A stretch of DNA of 64,000 bases from Patescibacteria group bacterium (GTDB lineage: Bacteria > Patescibacteriota > Microgenomatia > UBA8517): the NCBI GenBank assembly GCA_025999275.1, contig AP024680.1, positions 180,728 to 244,727 on the forward strand, written 5' to 3'. Position 1 is the stretch's first letter. The number at the start of each line of letters is the position of its first letter. This document shows, one piece after another, positions 58,358 through 64,000 of the stretch. The notes below the pieces were generated by a model. It did not search any database, was not told where the DNA came from, and worked only from the letters and a program-made list of their open reading frames with translations. The position numbers were made by a program, and so were the translations under genes.

Positions 58358-59440
58358 ATGGCTAGAAATAAAAAAGAAATAAAGGAAACAGAATTCAAAG
58401 AAACTTCATCAGCCAAGCTTCAGGCTATCAGAATGGCAATGGAGCAGATTGAAAAACAATATGGTAAAGGCTCTATTATGCGTTTGGGCGAAAGAACAGA
58501 AGAACAGAGAAAAGTTGAAGCGATTCCGACAGGTTCAATTGCTCTTGATTTAGCTTTGGGAGTAGGTGGTTTTCCAAGAGGAAGAATAATTGAAATTTAT
58601 GGGCCTGAAGCTTCGGGGAAAACAACATTGGCGCTTTCGGTAATTGCCGAAGCGCAAAAGAAAGGTGGGCAGTGCGCTTTTATTGACGCTGAGCATGCTC
58701 TTGATCCGGAGCGTGCCGAAACAGTGGGTGTAAATTTGGACGATCTTCTTTTGTCTCAGCCTGATACTGGTGAGCAAGCCTTGGAAATCACCGAAACTTT
58801 GGTTCGCTCAGGAGCTTTGGATGTTATTGTTGTTGATTCAGTTGCCGCTCTTGTACCAAGAGCTGAGCTTGAAGGTGAGATGGGAGATGCAGTAATTGGC
58901 CTTCAGGCAAGATTAATGAGTCAGGCTTTAAGAAAACTAACAGGTGCGATTTCAAAGTCTAAAACTGTTCTTATTTTTACAAATCAACTGCGTCAAAAAA
59001 TTGGTGTGATGTTTGGCAATCCAGAAACTACTCCGGGTGGTTTGGCACTCAAATTTTATGCTTCGGTGAGAATTGATCTTCGTAAAATTGAGGTCTTAAA
59101 GGACGGAGAGGAGGTAATAGGTTCAAGGCACAGAGCAAGAATTGTTAAAAATAAAGTAGCTCCTCCTTTGCGTGTGGCTGAGTTTGACATTATGAATAAA
59201 GAGGGAATTTCAAGATCAGGTGGTCTTCTTGATGTGGCAGTTGATTTAGGTCTAATTGAGAAAAAGGGATCATTTTTCAATTATGATGGCAAGCCTATAG
59301 CTCAGGGAAGGGAGGCTGCTAAAGCTTATATTGCTGAGAATCCCAAATTTGCCGAAGAGTTGGATAGAAAAATTAGGGAGATAGTTGAGTCAGGTGCTAA
59401 AGTTCCAAAAGAGATTGGTGAGGCAATCGATTCAGATTAA
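58358..59440 (+). CDS. recA: Recombinase RecA
   Basis: [19 protein letters not shown] Walker A, with L1/L2 loops. ATG at 58358. Confidence 0.95.
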   Translation: MARNKKEIKETEFKETSSAKLQAIRMAMEQIEKQYGKGSIMRLGERTEEQRKVEAIPTGSIALDLALGVGGFPRGRIIEIYGPEASGKTTLALSVIAEAQKKGGQCAFIDAEHALDPERAETVGVNLDDLLLSQPDTGEQALEITETLVRSGALDVIVVDSVAALVPRAELEGEMGDAVIGLQARLMSQALRKLTGAISKSKTVLIFTNQLRQKIGVMFGNPETTPGGLALKFYASVRIDLRKIEVLKDGEEVIGSRHRARIVKNKVAPPLRVAEFDIMNKEGISRSGGLLDVAVDLGLIEKKGSFFNYDGKPIAQGREAAKAYIAENPKFAEELDRKIREIVESGAKVPKEIGEAIDSD

Positions 59441-59445
59441 TTTTT

Positions 59446-60063
59446 ATGCCTCAGGTTACTGCCGTTAAGCTTCAGAAAAATAAAAAAAGGGCAAATGTCT
59501 ATCTTGATGGCAAATTTGGTTTTGGGATTGATCTTGAGAATTTACTCAAACTTAAGATAAAAGAGGGTCAATATATAAACGAATCTGAGATTGAAAAGAT
59601 AGTTGGGATCTCGGAAAGTCAAAAGATTTGGGACAGACTGCTTCGCTTTGTTTCAACAAGACCAAAAAGCGAGAAAGAAGTTAGAGATTGGTTCTTGAGG
59701 AAAAAAGTCACTGGCAGTTTAGCTGATAAGTATTTAAGAAGACTCAAGAGGTTGGATTTTATTGATGATTTAAAATTTGCTTTATGGTGGATTGAGCAGA
59801 GATTGTCTTTTAGGCCTAAGCCAAGAAGGATTATAGAGCAGGAGCTAAAAGTTAAAGGCTTAAAAAAAGAAATAATAGATAAGGCTTTTTCTTCTTTTCA
59901 GATAGACGAATATGGTCAGGCAAAGGCTGTGTTTGAGAAAAATAAATTAAGATGGAAGAATTTGCCACCTGATAAATTTAGAATTAAAGCCTCAGGTTTT
60001 CTTTTAAGAAGGGGCTATAGTTGGGAAGTGGTTAAGAAGGTTTTATCTTTGGAAGAAGAATAA
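59446..60063 (+). CDS. recX: Regulatory protein RecX
   Basis: Position immediately after recA. About 200 aa of three-helix repeats (...YLRRLKRLDFIDDLKFALWWIEQR...). Confidence 0.7.
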   Translation: MPQVTAVKLQKNKKRANVYLDGKFGFGIDLENLLKLKIKEGQYINESEIEKIVGISESQKIWDRLLRFVSTRPKSEKEVRDWFLRKKVTGSLADKYLRRLKRLDFIDDLKFALWWIEQRLSFRPKPRRIIEQELKVKGLKKEIIDKAFSSFQIDEYGQAKAVFEKNKLRWKNLPPDKFRIKASGFLLRRGYSWEVVKKVLSLEEE

Positions 60064-60070
60064 GTTTTAC

Positions 60071-60106
60071 ACCCTTTAAAGATTCAATCTTTAAGGGTAT
60101 TTATTT
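60071..60106 (+). terminator. Intrinsic terminator after recX: ACCCTTTAAAGA-TTCAA-TCTTTAAGGGT, then ATTTATTT
   Basis: 11-bp perfect stem with a 5-nt loop, then a T-rich tail. Confidence 0.55.
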
Positions 60107-60231
60107 GACGGATGGAATATTTTCAATTAAAATAAAGATAGGAGAAATTATGGTTTTAGAGAAAATACAAGAAACTCTTTTTCTCTCCTTTTTGAAAAGG
60201 GGTTAAGCCTTATTTCTCCTAAAATTAGGAT

Positions 60232-61485
60232 ATGACAACTAAAAACCAAGATGAAATAGCTTTATTGCTTGAAGATTTAAAACTGGAGCGTGAAGCTTTG
60301 GAGAAAGAAAAAGAGGCGTTAAAAAAAAGAGAGTATGATCTTAAAGAATCTTTAGCCAAAGCTGGCAAGATGACAGTTGATGAAGCTCGTAAAGCTCTTC
60401 TTAACGAAGTCTCCAAAGAACTGACTTCAGAGATTGCTCGTCGTATTAGGCAAGCGGAAGAGAGAATTAAGCTTGAATCGCAAGAAAAAGCAAAGGAGAT
60501 TTTAGTTGATGCTATGAGGCATGGAGCCACTTCCTACACTGCCGAATACACAATCTCAACCGTAACAGTTCCAAATGAAGAAGTAAAGGGTAGAATTATT
60601 GGTGCTGGAGGAAGGAATATCAGGGTTTTTGAGAAGGAGACAGGTTGTGAGCTTGAGCTTGATGAGACAAATGTTATCAGAATTTCTTCTTTTGATTCTT
60701 TAAGAAGAGAAATTGCCAGACGTGCTCTTGAAATATTAATTAAGGATAGCCGTATTCAACCCTCAAGAATAGAGGAAGTGGTCAGGCAAGTTAGAACAAA
60801 AATGGAGGAAATTTTACTTGAGGAGGGTAAGCTAATTGCTGAAACTTGTGGAGTTTATAATTTGCCAGTTGATATTATCAAGCTTTTGGGCCGCTATAAG
60901 TTTAGAACTTCTTATGGGCAGAATTTGGGCCTTCACACAATAGAAGAAACCAAAATTGGAGTGGCAATAGCAAATGAAATTGGAGCCAAAGTCGATGTTG
61001 TTCGTTTGGGGTGCCTTTTGCATGATATAGGCAAGGTGGTAACTGAGGAAGAAGGTAACCATGTTGATATTGGTGTTTCTGTAGCCAAAAAGTATGGCTT
61101 TCCAAAAGAGGTAGTCAATTGTATTGCCGAGCATCATGAAGACAAGCCTTTTTCTTCTATTGAAAGCGTAATAGTTTGGATAGCTGATGCTATATCAGGC
61201 TCAAGGCCGGGTGCTCGTTATGAACCCCATGAGGAGTATGTCAAGAGAATGAATAAGATTGAAGAAATTGTGCGTCAGTTTGAAGGTGTGTCTGAGGCTT
61301 ATGCTTTTCAGGCTGGTCGTGATGTAAGAGTGATTGTTAACCCCGATGAGGTTGATGATGACAAGCTTACGGTTTTGGCTTATGAAATAGCCAAGAAATT
61401 GGAAAAGGAAGCTGAATATGCCGGTCAAATAAAAGTAACTGTTATTCGTGAGACACGAGCTACAAGTACTACTGCTGCTAAGTAA
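60232..61485 (+). CDS. rny: Ribonuclease Y (KH and HD domains) without the usual N-terminal TM helix
   Basis: Coiled-coil N-terminus. KH domain (VKGRIIGAGGRNIRVFE). HD domain (LGLHTIEE...LLHDIGK...HH). Confidence 0.85.
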   Translation: MTTKNQDEIALLLEDLKLEREALEKEKEALKKREYDLKESLAKAGKMTVDEARKALLNEVSKELTSEIARRIRQAEERIKLESQEKAKEILVDAMRHGATSYTAEYTISTVTVPNEEVKGRIIGAGGRNIRVFEKETGCELELDETNVIRISSFDSLRREIARRALEILIKDSRIQPSRIEEVVRQVRTKMEEILLEEGKLIAETCGVYNLPVDIIKLLGRYKFRTSYGQNLGLHTIEETKIGVAIANEIGAKVDVVRLGCLLHDIGKVVTEEEGNHVDIGVSVAKKYGFPKEVVNCIAEHHEDKPFSSIESVIVWIADAISGSRPGARYEPHEEYVKRMNKIEEIVRQFEGVSEAYAFQAGRDVRVIVNPDEVDDDKLTVLAYEIAKKLEKEAEYAGQIKVTVIRETRATSTTAAK

Positions 61486-61494
61486 CCCTAAATA

Positions 61495-61523
61495 TTGACA
61501 TTTTTGTTATTTTGTAATAAAGT
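61495..61523 (+). promoter_or_regulatory. Putative promoter upstream of hup: TTGACA, 17-nt spacer, TAAAGT
   Basis: TTGACA at 61495-61500, with an A/T-rich spacer. Confidence 0.35.
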
Positions 61524-61532
61524 AAAGCAAGT

Positions 61533-61808
61533 ATGACACAAAAGCAATTGATAGATTTGGTTGCAAGAAAAGCGCATTTGACCAAAAAGGCGGCAACAGA
61601 GGCCGTCGAAGTTTTTCTTAACGAGATTGGAAGAATTCTTGCCAAAGGTGAAAAGGTAGTGCTTTCTGGTTTTGGCACATTTCGTATTTCTTCAAGAAAG
61701 GGTAAAACAGTCAAAATTCCCAAGACCGATAAATTAGTTCATATCAAGCCCCATCGAGCTCCCAAATTTACCCCCGGCAAGAGGCTGAAAGAGCAAGTAT
61801 CCCGATAA
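61533..61808 (+). CDS. hup: DNA-binding protein HU/IHF family
   Basis: MTQKQLIDLVARKAHLTKKAATEAVEVFLNEIGRILAKGEKVVLSGFGTFRISSRKGK... Confidence 0.9.
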   Translation: MTQKQLIDLVARKAHLTKKAATEAVEVFLNEIGRILAKGEKVVLSGFGTFRISSRKGKTVKIPKTDKLVHIKPHRAPKFTPGKRLKEQVSR

Positions 61809-61843
61809 TTTAACCTTTAGTTTTATTTTGTAGTATACTAGCC

Positions 61844-62842
61844 TTGATGGAAAAGGTTGTTTTAGTGGATAAATTAACCAAAATCTTTGAGGTTAATATA
61901 AAAAAAGAAGGTTTTTGGGGTGGGTTATCTTCTCTTATTAGTCCTCAGAAAAAGAAAGTTATCGCTTTAAATGAAATCTCATTTTCAATTGGTGAGGGGG
62001 AATTGGTGGGTTTTATTGGGCCAAATGGTGCTGGTAAGACTACAACTCTGAAAATTCTTTCTGGCCTTCTTTATCCTTCCTCTGGCCTGGTTCAAGTTTT
62101 GGGCTTTGATCCTTGGCAAAGAAAGCCGGAATATCTTAAAAATATAAGTTTGGTGATGGGGCAGAAAAACCAGCTTTGGTGGGATTTGCCTGCAATTGAA
62201 ACTCTTGATTTAAATCGTGCTATTTATGAAATTTCAAATAGAGATTATGAGAAAAACTTAAAAGAGTTGGTAGATCTGCTTGATGTAGAGGAGTTTTTGA
62301 ATGTTCCTGTGAGAAGGCTCTCTTTGGGCCAAAGAATGCGGTTTGAGCTTGTGGCTTCTCTTATTCATAATCCAAAGGTCTTGTTTTTGGATGAGCCGAC
62401 AATTGGCCTTGATCTTTTTGCTCAGACTAAAATCAGAGACTTTTTGGTTGATTACAACCGCCGCAGGGGAGCAACTATGATTCTGACTTCTCATAATATG
62501 GATGATATTTTTGGGGTTGCCAAAAGGGTAATTCTTATAGACAAGGGTAGAATAATTTTTGATGGCAAACTTGACTTTTTGGTTGAGACATTTGCCAAGA
62601 TGAAGTTTATCAAGATTTATCTTTCTAAAGAAACGGATTTTAAAAAGTTTGAAGAAATAGGCAAGGTAAAAAAGATTGATTTTCCACAGGTAGTTTTATC
62701 TGTCCCTCGTGAAACATCAGCAGTGGCAACAGCTGAAATTTTACAGGAATTTCCAGTTGCCGACCTTTCAGTTGAAGAGGAGCCAATTGAAAGTGTGATT
62801 AAAAGAGTTTTTAAGGAGGGTTTTGGCAAAAAAACAAAATGA
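61844..62842 (+). CDS. ABC transporter ATP-binding protein (ABC-2 type) with a C-terminal extension
   Basis: Walker A GPNGAGKTTTLKIL, signature LSLGQRMR, Walker B LFLDEPT. Confidence 0.85.
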   Translation: MMEKVVLVDKLTKIFEVNIKKEGFWGGLSSLISPQKKKVIALNEISFSIGEGELVGFIGPNGAGKTTTLKILSGLLYPSSGLVQVLGFDPWQRKPEYLKNISLVMGQKNQLWWDLPAIETLDLNRAIYEISNRDYEKNLKELVDLLDVEEFLNVPVRRLSLGQRMRFELVASLIHNPKVLFLDEPTIGLDLFAQTKIRDFLVDYNRRRGATMILTSHNMDDIFGVAKRVILIDKGRIIFDGKLDFLVETFAKMKFIKIYLSKETDFKKFEEIGKVKKIDFPQVVLSVPRETSAVATAEILQEFPVADLSVEEEPIESVIKRVFKEGFGKKTK

Positions 62843-63642
62843 AAAAGTACTTTCAGGTCTTCAAGGTTTCTCTTTCTCAGGAGTTTGCTTACAGACTTAA
62901 TTTTGTTATGTGGCGAGTGAGAAATGTTATTCAGATTCTAATACTTTTCTCTTTTTGGAACATTATTTTTTCTGACAATCATATAAATTTTTTCGGTTAT
63001 GATAGATCCAAAATTTTGACTTATGTTTTTGGGATCTTGGTTTTGCGGGCAATAGTTCTTTCTGCAAGAGTGGTGGATGTGGCTGGAGAGATATCAAGCG
63101 GTAGCTTAACCAATCTTCTGCTTAAGCCGGTGAGTTATTTTAAGTATTGGTTTTGTCGAGATATGTCAAGCAAAGTTTTGAATTTGGCATTTTCTATTAT
63201 TGAAATTTCCATTCTTTTTATTTGGCTTAAACCACCAATTTTTATTCAAAAAGATGTTAAAGTATTAATTCCCTTTTTAATTTCACTTACTTTAGCAATC
63301 GGCCTTTATTTTTTGATCTTGTTTTTAGTTAATTTAGTTTCTTTCTGGATGCCTGAGAATGCTTGGGCAGCTCAGTTTCTTTTTATATTTATAATTTTGG
63401 AGTTTTTTGCCGGAGGAATTTTCCCTCTTGATATACTGCCGGACTTTCTTTTCAAAATCTCTTCGTATTTACCATTTTATTACTTGCTCTTCTTTCCTCT
63501 TCAAGTATATTTGGGCAAAATTAGCTTGTTTTTGGTGTTAAAGGGGATAGTGATAAGTCTAGCCTGGCTTTTAATCTTAAGTTTTGCTCTTAATAGAGTT
63601 TGGCATAAGGGACTATCTGTTTATAATGCTGAAGGAAGATGA
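62839..63642 (+). CDS. ABC-2 family transporter permease
   Basis: Six predicted TM helices. Translationally coupled (ATGA overlap) to the ATPase. Confidence 0.65.
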   Translation: MKKYFQVFKVSLSQEFAYRLNFVMWRVRNVIQILILFSFWNIIFSDNHINFFGYDRSKILTYVFGILVLRAIVLSARVVDVAGEISSGSLTNLLLKPVSYFKYWFCRDMSSKVLNLAFSIIEISILFIWLKPPIFIQKDVKVLIPFLISLTLAIGLYFLILFLVNLVSFWMPENAWAAQFLFIFIILEFFAGGIFPLDILPDFLFKISSYLPFYYLLFFPLQVYLGKISLFLVLKGIVISLAWLLILSFALNRVWHKGLSVYNAEGR

Positions 63643-64000
63643 AAACAATAACTAGATACTTAAAAATTTGGTTTATCTTGAACAAAAAAACAATGCTTTT
63701 GCATTTTTCGCGTAAGTTTGGTTTTTTTGTTTTTTTGATAGGGAAGATTTTAAGGTTTATCTTTTTTATCACTTTTTTGTTTTTTATTCTTAAAAAAACG
63801 GGAGGTCTTGGTACGTATTCCTCAGAACAAGTGATTTTGTTTTTTGTGGTTTTTAATTTGATAAGCATCATTTCTCAGATGTTTTTCCGTGGTGTTTATA
63901 CTTTTAGACAAATGGTAGTTTCTGGTAATTTTGATTTGGTCTTAAGCAAACCTTTTGATCCTCTTTTCAGGGTTGTTTTTGGCGGTTTTGATTTTATTGA
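63639..64000 (+). CDS. Second ABC-2 family permease (5' partial; continues beyond the window end)
   Basis: ATG at 63639 overlapping the upstream stop (ATGA). MKTITRYLKIWFILNKK...multi-TM. No stop before the window end. Confidence 0.55.
   Translation, partial: MKTITRYLKIWFILNKKTMLLHFSRKFGFFVFLIGKILRFIFFITFLFFILKKTGGLGTYSSEQVILFFVVFNLISIISQMFFRGVYTFRQMVVSGNFDLVLSKPFDPLFRVVFGGFDFI

Overview
This AT-rich, gene-dense window looks like chromosomal core from a genome-reduced bacterium, most consistent with a CPR/Patescibacteria-type organism; all gene calls below are made by eye without homology searches. Supporting signs are: no L30 gene between rpsE and rplO, many minimal-domain housekeeping proteins, weak Shine-Dalgarno sites, TTG/GTG starts, a DUF2207 glycine-tailed membrane protein and a sortase. 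Almost everything is on the plus strand.

Gene content in order:
- DUF2207-like membrane protein, then rpsT on the minus strand, then murJ.
- A heat-shock operon hrcA-grpE-dnaK-clpB-dnaJ with a degenerate CIRCE operator in its promoter.
- nusA-infB, an unassigned ORF (possibly a degenerate DHH/NrnA-like protein), then rpsO-pnp.
- A Lon-like AAA+ ATPase with no protease domain, a family-4-like UDG, RNase J, ftsK, a RodZ-like protein and alaS.
- An accessory-looking pair (a 740-aa bitopic membrane protein plus a sortase) sitting between alaS and the otherwise conserved ruvX-mltG neighbours.
- rpoB-rpoC; the str operon (rpsL-rpsG-fusA-tuf-rpsJ); a 340-bp repeat-rich spacer carrying its own promoter and attenuator-like terminator; then the S10/spc/alpha ribosomal super-operon (rplC through rplQ, with secY-adk-map-infA-rpmJ) and rplM-rpsI.
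- On the minus strand, a MazG-like NTP pyrophosphatase with a small zinc-ribbon ORF, followed by tRNA-Pro(GGG) and an upstream partial duplicate of its 5' half.
- recA-recX, RNase Y, HU, and an ABC-2 transporter (ATPase plus two permeases, the last truncated at the window end).

The intergenic features worth a second look are three loci of phased 7-bp TTAAC-core tandem repeats, clustered TTGACT boxes, an intrinsic terminator placed 9 nt before the nusA start codon, a perfect 26-bp palindrome between convergent operons, and a poly-G tract that appears to frameshift the DUF2207 C-terminus.
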